Shown: positions 35,407 through 45,844, counted from the first letter of the stretch. The stretch: 64,000 nt of DNA from an uncultured Candidatus Binatia bacterium (GCA_965242525.1 OZ251459.1:4032001-4096000), one strand, 5' to 3'. The notes: generated from the letters alone by a model not told the origin. A program made the numbers and translations.

Positions 35407-38230
35407 GAGGCGGCTCCGGCCCCAGACGCCGATAGCGGCGTCTGAACGCTTCGCGTCCACCCTCCATGATTCGGCAGACTTCCTCTCGCATCGCTTCCTC
35501 CTGCAGGGAACCTGACTGCGCGACGACGCACTGACCTCCCCGAAAGTCAAGGGCATACAGCATCTCCGCATCCCCGTTCACGACGATGTTGGGGTTGTGG
35601 GTCACCACGATGATCTGTCGCCTGAGCTTGTTTTCCCGAATCTGCCGCACGACCAGATCATAGATCAGGTAGTTGTCCAGGTCGTCTTCCGGCTGATCCA
35701 GTACCAGCGGCTCCTCGCCATGGGCGAGCAGGAATGCCAGCATTGCCGCCGCCCGCTGTCCCGCGGACGCCTGGACAATGGGATGGAAATCCGTTCCGTC
35801 GCCCCGGCGGCTATACTCCACCAGCAACCCGTCTTCGGGGAACCATGTCTGCACCTTGTCGAAGACCTCGGGGCTCTTCTTGTATTTGGCTTCGAGATGG
35901 TTGTTGAAATGTCCACCGAAGCCGCCCTTGCCCGTGCCAGCGGCATGGATGCGGTCCTTGATCTGTCTGAGGCGGTCTTCCATTTCCAAGCCTCGGTGGG
36001 TCGGATCCTCCGGCAAGTCTTTGAGGATCTCTGCGACACAGCCCTTGACTGCACGCCCCTCCTCCATGACGAGGATGTCACCCTCGAAGTGATCGAGAGT
36101 CTCCAGTGTCTCACGCAGGGAAAGTTCGACAGATCGAGGGTCATCGCCATATTTCAAGCTTCGCATATGCACGAATCCGTTGTGCGCCAATGTTTCTCTC
36201 AAGAATCGGTCGCGGCCATGACTCAACGCGCGGCGAGCTTTCGTCACGTTCTCGAGCAGGGATCGAGATTGCTCGACCAACCTGTCGCGCTCTTCTTCCA
36301 CCGCTTTCAGGCTGGCCAATTCACTATCGAGCCGTTGCCTGTCCTGCACCAAGTGGCCGTATTCGTTCGGGTCGGTGACGCCTTCCTTGCGCAACGTCTC
36401 GATCAGTGCTTCGTACTCGTTCGCCGCGTCTTCGAATGCAGCTTGCCAAGCGCTCTTGGTCAACTTTTCGCGTTGCGTCTCGATACATCCGCGCAGGCGC
36501 TCTGCGATGTTACACAAGTCTTGGGCAGCACTGCGCAGGTTGGTGGCCAGTGTAGCCATGATTGCGGTAATTTGCCGATCTTCTTCCAGGTCCTCATTGA
36601 ATAGTCCGTCGGGCAGATCTTCGGGTTGCAGCGTCGCTGCCGCGTGCTCAATGCGACTGGCCGCCGCTTCTGCCGTATCGAACTGCCGGTCTGCTTCCGC
36701 GTGCTGACGATTGCGACTCCGGTAAGCCGTCAGGATTGCGGTATGCCCTGCTTCCTCGAAGCGCTTCAACTTGCGTTCTACGTCCCGCTGGTCGGTGGCG
36801 AGGTTGTTCCGGCGGCTCAACTTGCCTTCGAGTTCCCGGATACGCGCTTTCGCCGCATAAAATGCGTTGCGGGCTTCTTCCATCTCTCTTTGCAGCGTGG
36901 TCATTCCTGCCGCTTCATCAATGACCTGTAGCAACGCCCGCTGGTTTTCGCCTGCCAGCGCGGCGATCTGTCCCTGGCTGAACATACGAACCGGAAAGCG
37001 CTCGGGCGTGACCGTCTGGGCGAGCGACGGCTGCCAATCGGCTTTGCCTGTGTCTTCCTCCACTGTCGTGCCGTTGCCGTCCTGTCGCCAATGCAGGCGA
37101 TGCCGGACACCATCACGCACCATGATCCATTCAATGTTCGTCTTCTTTCTCAAACCGCCCTTGCCAGTGCGATCCTTGGGCACCTGCTTGAACCGTTCGA
37201 AGGTCCAGAGAGGTTCACTGTGTTCTTCCAGATGCTTCAATTCATCTTCACGCCTTGCCGCAAGCCTCATTGCATGGATCACGGTCGATTTGCCGGTGCC
37301 GCGTCCGCCCACCAAAGCGTTGAACCACGGGTTGAATCCGAGCTTGGCGGGCTCGCCGCGGCCCATATATTGCGCGTTTGAGATCTCGATGGATTCAATG
37401 AAATGTTCGGGTACTCTGAATGGATCGAGAGGTTTCGGGTCGTCGCTACGCCGAATGGAAAAACCGCTTCCGTCCAGAAGGGCCAAGCGCAACCCTTCAA
37501 GGGATGGTTTTTCCATTTTCACCCACGTATAGTGGGAGCCGGGGAGACGATCTCCGGTTTCATCTACCGGGCGATGAGAATCCGATCCTAGAACCTCCGA
37601 CCATGTGAGCTTGCGTTGTCGATATAAATCTGGTTTTTCCTTGCTTACATCAACCACTTCCATGGCGAACAAGTCGTCGAGGTCGAGTAATGGCGCGAGC
37701 GTGTTTCCGGGCAGTTCCCAAGCGCCAGACGGCCCGTCAACGTGTGCAAGTATGGGGATTCCGCCGGCATCCGTGATGGCTTTCACAACGTCGATGGCTG
37801 CCGCATCCGCCGCGATGTCGCTTTTCCCCGCGTCACCTTGATATCGGGTCGTTCCAAGCAGCCGGTCTATATCGGTTGATCTCTTGTCACCGTCAAGTAT
37901 CGCAAGGATGTGGATACTGCCGTTTGCGGTGATCTCTACACCCGGGAACAGGTGCAGCGCTCGAAAATCCGGAGGAGGCTCCTGCTCCAAATCATGAAGC
38001 GCATCCTTCAGATCATTGATCCACCCTCCCGAGTTGTGATCGGTGACCGCCACACAATCCACGCCGGCTCGCATGAATCCGAGTAGCCATTCCCGCGGGG
38101 TTGTCTTCTTGAGTGCGGTTTGGTTGGATCCCTTCCCATAATCCATTGATGCTGGCGTATGTGTGTGGAAGTCGAACTTCCACCAACGCGCACCGGGGTA
38201 GGGCCAACCAGTGGATGTATTGTTGGTCAT
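35399..38230 (-). CDS. PHP-domain + ABC ATPase protein (TrlF/Ppl-like defence protein)
   Basis: WWKFDFHTHTPAS, AVTDHN, PGVEI, GSDSH (PHP); GGRGTGKS, SAGQR, LVLDQPEDDLD, IVVTHNPN (ATPase). Confidence 0.87.
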   Translation of the reverse strand: MTNNTSTGWPYPGARWWKFDFHTHTPASMDYGKGSNQTALKKTTPREWLLGFMRAGVDCVAVTDHNSGGWINDLKDALHDLEQEPPPDFRALHLFPGVEITANGSIHILAILDGDKRSTDIDRLLGTTRYQGDAGKSDIAADAAAIDVVKAITDAGGIPILAHVDGPSGAWELPGNTLAPLLDLDDLFAMEVVDVSKEKPDLYRQRKLTWSEVLGSDSHRPVDETGDRLPGSHYTWVKMEKPSLEGLRLALLDGSGFSIRRSDDPKPLDPFRVPEHFIESIEISNAQYMGRGEPAKLGFNPWFNALVGGRGTGKSTVIHAMRLAARREDELKHLEEHSEPLWTFERFKQVPKDRTGKGGLRKKTNIEWIMVRDGVRHRLHWRQDGNGTTVEEDTGKADWQPSLAQTVTPERFPVRMFSQGQIAALAGENQRALLQVIDEAAGMTTLQREMEEARNAFYAAKARIRELEGKLSRRNNLATDQRDVERKLKRFEEAGHTAILTAYRSRNRQHAEADRQFDTAEAAASRIEHAAATLQPEDLPDGLFNEDLEEDRQITAIMATLATNLRSAAQDLCNIAERLRGCIETQREKLTKSAWQAAFEDAANEYEALIETLRKEGVTDPNEYGHLVQDRQRLDSELASLKAVEEERDRLVEQSRSLLENVTKARRALSHGRDRFLRETLAHNGFVHMRSLKYGDDPRSVELSLRETLETLDHFEGDILVMEEGRAVKGCVAEILKDLPEDPTHRGLEMEDRLRQIKDRIHAAGTGKGGFGGHFNNHLEAKYKKSPEVFDKVQTWFPEDGLLVEYSRRGDGTDFHPIVQASAGQRAAAMLAFLLAHGEEPLVLDQPEDDLDNYLIYDLVVRQIRENKLRRQIIVVTHNPNIVVNGDAEMLYALDFRGGQCVVAQSGSLQEEAMREEVCRIMEGGREAFRRRYRRLGPEPPHV

Positions 38231-41200
38231 CTTTGTTCTGCCTTTGCTCGTATCCGAGCTTCATGCTTGTCCGCAGTGGCGAAGTGCACGTCGTTCATCC
38301 GCTCCCCGGTGAACTCGCCGTCGCGCCAGAACCAGGGGAAGCGTTCCTGGTCGCGGAAGGGCTCCCTGCCGCGGTCCTTGTTCCAGTGGACGTTTGGTTT
38401 GGCGCGGAGGAGGCCGGCGTCCTTCTTGCCGCCGGGGAGGTCGGCGGCCATGAAGGGGCGGAGGTGGAGGCGCACGCCGTCGTTCACGTCCGGCTCCCAG
38501 CCCACGGGTTGCGCTTCGACGGGTTTCCAGCGGATGAAGAGGTCGTGGGGCGGCTCGCCTTCGAGGATGGCGGCGAGGCGCTTTTGCAGCTCCAGGGCCG
38601 CGGCCAGGCGGTCTTCCGCCCCGCCTTCGCCGCGCTTCACCCCGTCCTGCTGGCGGACGATCCAGTCGCCGAGGTAGCTGTAGGTGAGGGCTTCGAGGCA
38701 TCGGCGGCCGTTGCCGCCGCCCTCCACCAGCTTGTGGTAGTTGACCAGCGCATGGAAGCCGTCGCGCTTGCGGCCGTCCCAGACGTGCCAGACGAAGGGA
38801 CGGTGGTGGAACAGCTTGCAGTGCTGCTCGAAGAAGCGGTTGCGGAGCCAGTCGTCGAGGCTCGGGCTGCCAACCTCGGCGAGCAAACGGCCGAGCAGGC
38901 CGTCGCTCCATGCGTCGCCGAAGGCGGCGGCCAGAAGCTGCCGGACTCGCTCCGCGGCGGACGGTTCGCCCCGTACCGGCGGGATGCAGACGATGCCGTC
39001 TTCGTCCGCGAAGGCGCACAAGGTCTCGCAACGCCGGACCCACTCGCGCTGCTCGTCGGCCAGCTCCATGTCGGCATCCTGTTCGGCGGGCCAGCGGTAG
39101 CCTGACAGGCGGGCGACGGCGACTTGGAGCACGGTGGGATCGGTGCGGAGCGGGCCGTGGGCGGTGCGTTTCTCCGCCTCGTCCCAGACCACCGAGCCGC
39201 AGGGGTGGCCGTGGAAGATCCATTGGGTGGGATCGTCGGAGTAGGGGCGGGGGAGGCTGTAGGGGTATTTCTCCCGCGCTACTTTGGTCCAGCGGTCGAG
39301 GTCGAAGGGGACCTTGACCAGCGTGGCGTTGGTGACCTTGAGTGCTTGATCTATGCTTCTCACCGATTCGTGGTACTCGGATGAAGAACAGAAACACCAG
39401 ATGGCAGGAAGATACGAATCTTCCTTCGGCGATACCACGGCAACGTTCTTATCGAAGATTTCCCTCGTAAACAACGTACAGGGGAGAGTCTGCATTTGAC
39501 TGACAGCGACACCAACCTTTCCCCATGCCATGCTTCCGGCAGGGACTGCCAGTCCCTTTCGTCCCCGTTCCGCTAGTACACCGAGACCCTTTTGCCAGTA
39601 AACGATCTGCTCGCAGCCGTGCCAGGCATGTGTGTTTTCAACGGTGGTTTGGAGGAATTGCCAATCATCGGTGAAGTTCACGATTTCCCAGAACTGCCTG
39701 AAGAAACCGGGGGAATCCTTGCTTCCGAACCCGTGAACCCCGTCAGCATATTTTGACAAAAGCGCGACATCTTCCGCTTTATCCAGCGCCACCCGCGCAT
39801 CCGGATTCTCCAACTGTCGGGCTTGCGCAACGCCAATGACCTCCATTTCCCGCAACCGTGCGGCCTTCTCACCCACGGTGCGGGCTTCGGAAACGTCCAG
39901 GCCGTACATCGTCCCGGCTGCCGACGCATCGTCGAACAACTCGCCCGGATCGCTGGCGGGGTGCCTGTGGCTCAGGGTGAGCAGGATCGCCTTGACGACT
40001 TCTCCGCTGATGGTCTCGAAGGCGCCCGGTCCCAACCGCGCCAACAGATGCCACGTCTCCGTCTTCAGCAGTTTTCCCCGCAGCTTCCGGTAGCCGGTGA
40101 GGAACAGCCAGTTTTGCGGCAGCACGAGGCTGGCGGTTCCTCCTTCCTCGCACAGCGCCAGGCAGCGCTCCAGGAACACGGTGGCCAGGTCGTTCTTTGC
40201 GTCGGGGTAGCGCCGCTGGCAGAAGGCGCGCAACGTCTTGTCCTGCTTGCCCCGGGCCAGGTACGGCACGTTGGTGGCCACTAGGTGGTAACGTCCGGCC
40301 AGCAGTTCCGCGGCGCGCGCCATCCCCTGCGCGGCCACCGCGTGCTCCGTCTGCTCGTCGCTCATTCGCTCCCGTTCGAGCGCGGCTGCGAACAGCGCCC
40401 GCACCGACTCGAAGTCGCTCTGGTAGAGGTCTGCCTCCAGCGCGTGCGGGTCGATGAGCGAACCGCGCTCCGGCGCCTGCCCGAACAGGTCGTGGAGCGC
40501 GTCCAGGCTGTTGCGGAGCGGCGCGGAGAGCAGCGTGTCTTCCACGTCGAACAGGTCGCGCGCCGGGGGCATCCCACCGGCAGCCGCGGCCAACTCCGCC
40601 AGCGCGGCCCATTGCTCCTTCGTCGCGTTGGGCGCCAACCCCGAACAGGCGACGTTGAGTTCCGGCAGGGGCCGATACCCTTCCGCACCCGGATACGTCC
40701 AGGCAGCGAGCGCAAGGGCGAACGCCGCGAGCTCCACGCATCGCGGGTCCAGTTCCAGGCCGTGCAGGTTGTCCTGCAGGACCGCGTCCACGGCATCGCG
40801 GGCGGCAAGGCCCTCCCGCGCCATGCGCATGGGGACCAGCATCAGGAACGCGGCGACCAGGAAGTGCCCCGAACCGCAGCAGGGGTCGAGGATCTTCAAC
40901 TCCCCCAAATGTTCCGGCCAGCCGCGGAATTCGCCGGCGGCGGGGCGCCACCCGGGCAACCGCGAAACGGTCGCGTCCTGTACGAAGCGCAGGGAGTCGA
41001 GGGTTGCGCCGGGAATCGCCACCTTCCGGCGCAACCCGGTTTCGCCGCCGGCTCCTTCCGGGTCGGCGCCGTCCAGCCGCCGCGCCGCCCACCAGGCCCC
41101 CAGAGTGTTGTCGAGCAGGAAGCTCACCATGTAGGGTTCGGTGAAGAGCTGGGTGACCGCGGGCAGTTCTCCGGCCCCGATCTTGGCCTCGGAACGGTTC

Positions 41201-41799
41201 ACCTCCGCCTTCTTCCGGGACTGCCAGAACTGATAGACCCAGCCGAGGGAATCGGTCGCCGTGAACGTTTCGGCCGGCAGACCTTCCACCAGCCCTTCCA
41301 GCTTCAGCCGGTGCTCCCGCGCGAACCGGACCTCGAACACCGGAAGGTCGGGCCGGAACACCTGGGGCAGCATCCGGTGGGCGAAGCGCGCCGCCAGCGC
41401 CCACTTGTCCGCGCCTTCGTCCTTGGCCAGTTCCTCGCATTCGTCCAGGGTGACGGCGACCTCCGTCTCCGGTTCGATGAGCAGCCGGTTCTCGGCGAGG
41501 AACCGGGCGAACAACATGCCGTGCCAATGCTCGTAGGCGCACTCCTGCGCCAGGCCTTCGATTGCCCGGCGTTGGCCGCCGGAGCGTGCGTCGAGCGGGT
41601 CGCCGAGCTGCAGGGCGTGGGCGCGCAGCCGCCGGCGCAGCGCCCGCTGCCCCTCGTCCATGTGCCCGTAGGGATCGCGCTCGTGCACCGCCAGCGCTTC
41701 CAGCGCCGCACGGGCGCCGGCCTCCGCACCGTCGCGTGCGTCCGCGACGGTGCGTTCGAGGTGGCGCCGCTGGCTGGATGTCAACGTCCGCATACTCAT
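38227..41799 (-). CDS. pglX: BREX PglX-like adenine DNA methyltransferase, copy 2
   Basis: TQLFTEPYMV, motif I LDPCCGSGHF, motif IV TNVPY, GAFETISGEVV, FHHRPFVWH; lies between brxC and pglZ. Confidence 0.85.
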   Translation of the reverse strand: MSMRTLTSSQRRHLERTVADARDGAEAGARAALEALAVHERDPYGHMDEGQRALRRRLRAHALQLGDPLDARSGGQRRAIEGLAQECAYEHWHGMLFARFLAENRLLIEPETEVAVTLDECEELAKDEGADKWALAARFAHRMLPQVFRPDLPVFEVRFAREHRLKLEGLVEGLPAETFTATDSLGWVYQFWQSRKKAEVNRSEAKIGAGELPAVTQLFTEPYMVSFLLDNTLGAWWAARRLDGADPEGAGGETGLRRKVAIPGATLDSLRFVQDATVSRLPGWRPAAGEFRGWPEHLGELKILDPCCGSGHFLVAAFLMLVPMRMAREGLAARDAVDAVLQDNLHGLELDPRCVELAAFALALAAWTYPGAEGYRPLPELNVACSGLAPNATKEQWAALAELAAAAGGMPPARDLFDVEDTLLSAPLRNSLDALHDLFGQAPERGSLIDPHALEADLYQSDFESVRALFAAALERERMSDEQTEHAVAAQGMARAAELLAGRYHLVATNVPYLARGKQDKTLRAFCQRRYPDAKNDLATVFLERCLALCEEGGTASLVLPQNWLFLTGYRKLRGKLLKTETWHLLARLGPGAFETISGEVVKAILLTLSHRHPASDPGELFDDASAAGTMYGLDVSEARTVGEKAARLREMEVIGVAQARQLENPDARVALDKAEDVALLSKYADGVHGFGSKDSPGFFRQFWEIVNFTDDWQFLQTTVENTHAWHGCEQIVYWQKGLGVLAERGRKGLAVPAGSMAWGKVGVAVSQMQTLPCTLFTREIFDKNVAVVSPKEDSYLPAIWCFCSSSEYHESVRSIDQALKVTNATLVKVPFDLDRWTKVAREKYPYSLPRPYSDDPTQWIFHGHPCGSVVWDEAEKRTAHGPLRTDPTVLQVAVARLSGYRWPAEQDADMELADEQREWVRRCETLCAFADEDGIVCIPPVRGEPSAAERVRQLLAAAFGDAWSDGLLGRLLAEVGSPSLDDWLRNRFFEQHCKLFHHRPFVWHVWDGRKRDGFHALVNYHKLVEGGGNGRRCLEALTYSYLGDWIVRQQDGVKRGEGGAEDRLAAALELQKRLAAILEGEPPHDLFIRWKPVEAQPVGWEPDVNDGVRLHLRPFMAADLPGGKKDAGLLRAKPNVHWNKDRGREPFRDQERFPWFWRDGEFTGERMNDVHFATADKHEARIRAKAEQR
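41125..41754. repeat. About 630-bp direct repeat shared by the 5' parts of both pglX copies (partner 44786-45415)
   Basis: Gap-free alignment at offset 3661; about 18 mismatches counted by eye (~97% identity). Confidence 0.9.
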
Positions 41800-42055
41800 C
41801 GCATCAATACGCCTGATCCGGCATAACCGGAACCAAAGGTTGGTCTCGGTCCCGGGATAGCGTGGCCGGTAGATGAAGCATGTTTCGTCACCTTGCTCAA
41901 AGGTTTCATGGACAGGAAGGCTAATACACGCCCCATCGACGGCCGCCCTTCATCCTGAATTCTCCTTCGATGGAGGCTGAACGTTGCTTCCACTTCTTCA
42001 CCTCGGCCATGCGGCCAATCGTCAGCCGCACGCGTCGCCAGCAACTTCAGGACTT

Positions 42056-45000
42056 TCATGCTTTTTCCCTCGAAGCGCTGTCGTACTCGAAGGGCGCATG
42101 ACGGGAGATCTCCGCCATCGTCCGCCGATGCTGTTTTTCTGCGTTCCGAAAATGCCCGTCGTTGGTCCGGGCTCCGGTGAATACGTCGCCTTCCCAAAAC
42201 CAGGGGAAGCAGGTCTGGTTCCGTAAGGGCTCTCTGCCTCGATCCTTCTTCCAGTGAAGGTTGGGCCTGGAGCGAAGGATGCCCGTTCCTTTCCTGCCGC
42301 CAGGGATGTCGTCGGCCATGAAGGGGCGGATGTTGAGGCGCACGCCGTCGTCGATGTCCGGCGCCCAGCCGATGGGTTGCCGATCGATCGGTTTCCAGCG
42401 AATGAAGATGTCGAAGGGCGGTTCGCCCTCCAGGATGGCGACAAGGCGTTTCTGCAACTCCACCGCTGCCGACAAACGGTCTTCCGCGCCGTCCCCGTTT
42501 CGTTTCAAGGCGTCCTGCTGGCGGGAAATCCAGTCACCGAGATAGCTGTACGTCAGCGATTCCAGGAGCTGGCGGCCACGGCCACCGCCGGCGGCCAGTT
42601 TGTGGTAGTTGATGAAGGCGTGGAAGCCGTCGCCTCTCCGTCCGTCCCAGACGTGCCAGATGAAGGGACGATGGAGAAACAGCTTGCAATGCTCGTCGAA
42701 GAACCGATCCCGAAGCCAGTCGTCGAGGCTGGAACTGCCGGCATCGACGAGCAGGTTGGAAAGTACGCCGTCGTGCCAGTCCGCGCCCCAGCAGGCCGCC
42801 AGCAGCCTGAGCAGACGTTCTTCGGCCGGCCGTTCGCCCAAGACGGAAGGGAGGCAGACGATGCCGTCCTTGTCCTCGAAGTCGTGGAGTGTCCTCGTGT
42901 CCTCGACCCGGGCGCGGGCGGCCTCCGACAATTCCATGTCGGGGTCACCTTCCGCCGGCCACCGGTAGCCGAGAAGTCGCGCCATGGCCACCTGCAACGG
43001 CTCCGTCGCATCTCCCGGATGGCCGTGGAACGCCCATTGTGTCGGGTCCGTCGTATGGACGCTGAACAGATCGGCCGTCGTCCGCCCGCCTGCCTTCCGT
43101 TCCCACTTCCCGGCGGAGTAGGGGACCTTGGCGAGCGCGCCATTGGTCACGGAGAGCTTCTTGTTCAGCTTTCTCACGTCTTCGCCATATTTCGGGGAGC
43201 TGCAATACGTCCATATTGCCGGAACGTCCTTTTCGTCGCAGGGGATGAGGACAGCGACGTTGCAATCGAATTTGGAGCCGAAATACAACGACGCCGGGAG
43301 ATCGCCCATCCGATTGACGGCGATGCCGCGCTTTCCCCACGCCGCGTGTCCCGATTGCCATCCGCCGAGTCTTCCCTCCAGCCTGAGGGCTGCCGCATGA
43401 TTGGCGTATCTTCCCTGCTCGTCTCCCCAGAAGATGACGTGGCTGCAACCGCTCATCTCCGTCGTGGCGTCGGGAGCGAATTGGAAGAACTCCCAACCCC
43501 GTCCGATGGCCGGAAGCTCCCAGAAGTTGAACACGAACTGCGCGTTGTCGCTGGTCGCAAGCCCCTGGTGGCTGTACGCCCTGGTTTCCAGAAGCTCGCA
43601 TGATTCCGCTGGTGCGTATCCGATGATCGAATCCGGGTTGGCGATCTGGCCGGAACGAGTGAGCGGTACGGAAGGCGCGTTGCGCAGTGCGCTTTCCTTG
43701 TCCGACAGGCCCTTGCATTCGGAAACGTCAAGCCATGAAAGATCGTCGTTTCCCTTTCCCGGTGAACGCGCGATTGCCAGGAGGCAGGTTTTCACTACTT
43801 CACCGGAGATGGTCTCGAAGGCCCCGGCTCCCAACGTCGCCAGGAACCGCCACCGATGCCGTTCCAGAAGCTGTTTGCGAAGTTGCTTGTACCGGTTGAG
43901 GAACAGCCAGTTCCATGGCAGTACCAGGAATACGTCACCGGCCGGTTCACAGAATTCCATGAGGCGTTCAACGAAGACCGTGGCCAAATCGTGTTTCGAT
44001 ACGGGATAATGGTCTTCGCAGAAGCGTCGAAGGCTTTCCGTATGTTTTTCCCTCCCGAGATAGGGTACGTTGGTGACTACCAGATGATAGCGGGAAGTCA
44101 ACAAATCGGCAGCCTCGGCCAGCCCCCGTGCTGCGATGGCCGTCTCTTCGTACTCCTCATCGCCGCCATGTTCCCGCAGCGCCGTTCCCAGGAGTTGCTC
44201 CAGGTCGGCAAAATCGGCCCTCAGCAGATCACCGGAGAGGCCGCCCGGATCGATGAGACTGCCGAGAACGGAGGCTTCGCGGAACATGTCGTACAGCCTG
44301 CCCATCCCGCCTTCCCGGCGAGGGTCGCCTTCCGCCAGCGCCGTCCACTGCCCGCGTTTCCCGCTCACCGGCTGCCCGCACCATGCGAGCCGGATCCGCG
44401 GCAGGGGTCGATAGCCCCCGGCGCCAGGATAGCGCCACGCTTCCAGCGCGAGTGCGAAGGCGGCTATCGCCACGCAGCGCCGGTCCAACTCCAATCCGTT
44501 CAGGTTGTCTCGCAATACTGCATCCACGGCTTCGCCGGCGCCTGTGCCTTCCAGCGCCATGCGCATGGGCACGAGCATCAGGAATGCGGCGACGAGGAAG
44601 TGTCCCGAGCCGCAACATGGGTCCAGCATCCTGAACTTCGCGAGATCGTCAGGCCAGCTTTCAAAACCGCCAGTCTCGGGCGAACCCTGCTCCGTCTCGC
44701 GCAGATACGTCAACTCGACCGGACGCCGCTTGTCCGGATGTCGGTTAACCCACCACGCTCCCAGCGAGTTATGCAGCAGGAACTGCACCATGTAGGGCTC
44801 GGTGAAGAGCTGGGTGACCGCGGGCAGCTCTCCGGCCCCGATCTTGGCTTCGGAACGGTTCACCTCCGCCTTCTTCCGGGACTGCCAGAACTGATAGACC
44901 CAACCGAGGGAATCCGTCGCCGTGAACGTTTCGGCCGGCAGACCTTCCACCAGCCCTTCGAGCTTCAGCCGGTGCTCCCGCGCGAACCGGACCTCGAACA

Positions 45001-45454
45001 CCGGAAGGTCGGGCCGGAACACCTGGGGCAGCATCCGGTGGGCGAAGCGCGCGGCCAGCGCCCACTTGTCCGCTCCCTCGTCCTTCGCCAGTTCCTCGCA
45101 TTCCTCCAGGGTGACGGCGACCCCCGTCTCCGGTTCGATGAGCAGCCGGTTCTCGGCGAGGAACCGGGCGAACAACATGCCGTGCCAATGCTCGTAGGCG
45201 CACTCCTGCACCAGGCCTTCGATGGCCCGGCGTTGGCCGCCGGAGCGTGCGTCGAGCGGGTCGCCAAGCTGCCGGGCGTGGGCGCGCAGCCGCCGGCGCA
45301 GCGCCCGCTGCCCCTCGTCCATGTGCCCGTAGGGTTCGCGCTCGTGCACCGCCAGCGCTTCCAGCGCTGCACGGGCGCCGGCCTCCGCACCGTCGCGTGC
45401 GTCCGCGACGGTGCGCTCAAGCTGCTTTCGGAGATTCGGTGGCAATGTGTTCAT
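42056..45454 (-). CDS. pglX: BREX PglX-like adenine DNA methyltransferase, copy 1
   Basis: Same motifs (LDPCCGSGHF, TNVPY, GAFETISGEVV, FLHRPFIWH) with a different central putative target-recognition region. Confidence 0.85.
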   Translation of the reverse strand: MNTLPPNLRKQLERTVADARDGAEAGARAALEALAVHEREPYGHMDEGQRALRRRLRAHARQLGDPLDARSGGQRRAIEGLVQECAYEHWHGMLFARFLAENRLLIEPETGVAVTLEECEELAKDEGADKWALAARFAHRMLPQVFRPDLPVFEVRFAREHRLKLEGLVEGLPAETFTATDSLGWVYQFWQSRKKAEVNRSEAKIGAGELPAVTQLFTEPYMVQFLLHNSLGAWWVNRHPDKRRPVELTYLRETEQGSPETGGFESWPDDLAKFRMLDPCCGSGHFLVAAFLMLVPMRMALEGTGAGEAVDAVLRDNLNGLELDRRCVAIAAFALALEAWRYPGAGGYRPLPRIRLAWCGQPVSGKRGQWTALAEGDPRREGGMGRLYDMFREASVLGSLIDPGGLSGDLLRADFADLEQLLGTALREHGGDEEYEETAIAARGLAEAADLLTSRYHLVVTNVPYLGREKHTESLRRFCEDHYPVSKHDLATVFVERLMEFCEPAGDVFLVLPWNWLFLNRYKQLRKQLLERHRWRFLATLGAGAFETISGEVVKTCLLAIARSPGKGNDDLSWLDVSECKGLSDKESALRNAPSVPLTRSGQIANPDSIIGYAPAESCELLETRAYSHQGLATSDNAQFVFNFWELPAIGRGWEFFQFAPDATTEMSGCSHVIFWGDEQGRYANHAAALRLEGRLGGWQSGHAAWGKRGIAVNRMGDLPASLYFGSKFDCNVAVLIPCDEKDVPAIWTYCSSPKYGEDVRKLNKKLSVTNGALAKVPYSAGKWERKAGGRTTADLFSVHTTDPTQWAFHGHPGDATEPLQVAMARLLGYRWPAEGDPDMELSEAARARVEDTRTLHDFEDKDGIVCLPSVLGERPAEERLLRLLAACWGADWHDGVLSNLLVDAGSSSLDDWLRDRFFDEHCKLFLHRPFIWHVWDGRRGDGFHAFINYHKLAAGGGRGRQLLESLTYSYLGDWISRQQDALKRNGDGAEDRLSAAVELQKRLVAILEGEPPFDIFIRWKPIDRQPIGWAPDIDDGVRLNIRPFMADDIPGGRKGTGILRSRPNLHWKKDRGREPLRNQTCFPWFWEGDVFTGARTNDGHFRNAEKQHRRTMAEISRHAPFEYDSASREKA

Positions 45455-45463
45455 CGAACCGGC

Positions 45464-45844
45464 TTACTCGAACAACGACCGGGGCAAGCCCGACTGCCGG
45501 ATAACGGACATGGCTCTTCGGGATTCCGTGTGGGTTGTGACACTCCCCACCCAGGCGATGAGGTCGCTTCCCTCCCCTTCCGACCACGCCGTCCTGGTTT
45601 GGCGTTGCAGACGCCCCACCCCGTCATTCCCGCGAAAGCGGGAATCCATCCATTCTTATGAAAACCCCCGTGTTCCCATCCTTCCGACCCAACCCCAGGG
45701 TGCCCTGCATGATGGATTCCCGCTTTCGCGGGAATGACAGGGGATGGGAGTGCGGGAGTGACCGCGTGATCCTTTTCTCTCCCCTTTCCCTCCTACCTTG
45801 CCCACACGAAAGCCGGAAGAGCCAGAATCCGCAGCTTAGCCAAC
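45464..45844 (-). pseudogene. HicA-family toxin split by, and largely replaced with, the MITE-like element
   Basis: TTG-AKLRIL overlapping the hicB stop runs into the element end at 45823; MSVIRQSGLPRSLFE-stop resumes after the other end at 45512. Confidence 0.7.
45512..45823 (-). mobile_element. MITE-like element copy C
   Basis: Ends GGCTCTTCGGGATTCCGTGTGG (45512) and revcomp GGCTCTTCCGGCTTTCGTGTGG (45823); two inverted gtcattcccgcgaaagcgggaatcc palindromes; no target duplication. Confidence 0.78.

Noticed and set aside
41796-42059. Small ORF (MKVLKLLATR...) between the two pglX genes
   Set aside because: It overlaps both neighbours by 4 bp but has no recognisable motif, so I cannot support it as a gene; it may be a remnant.
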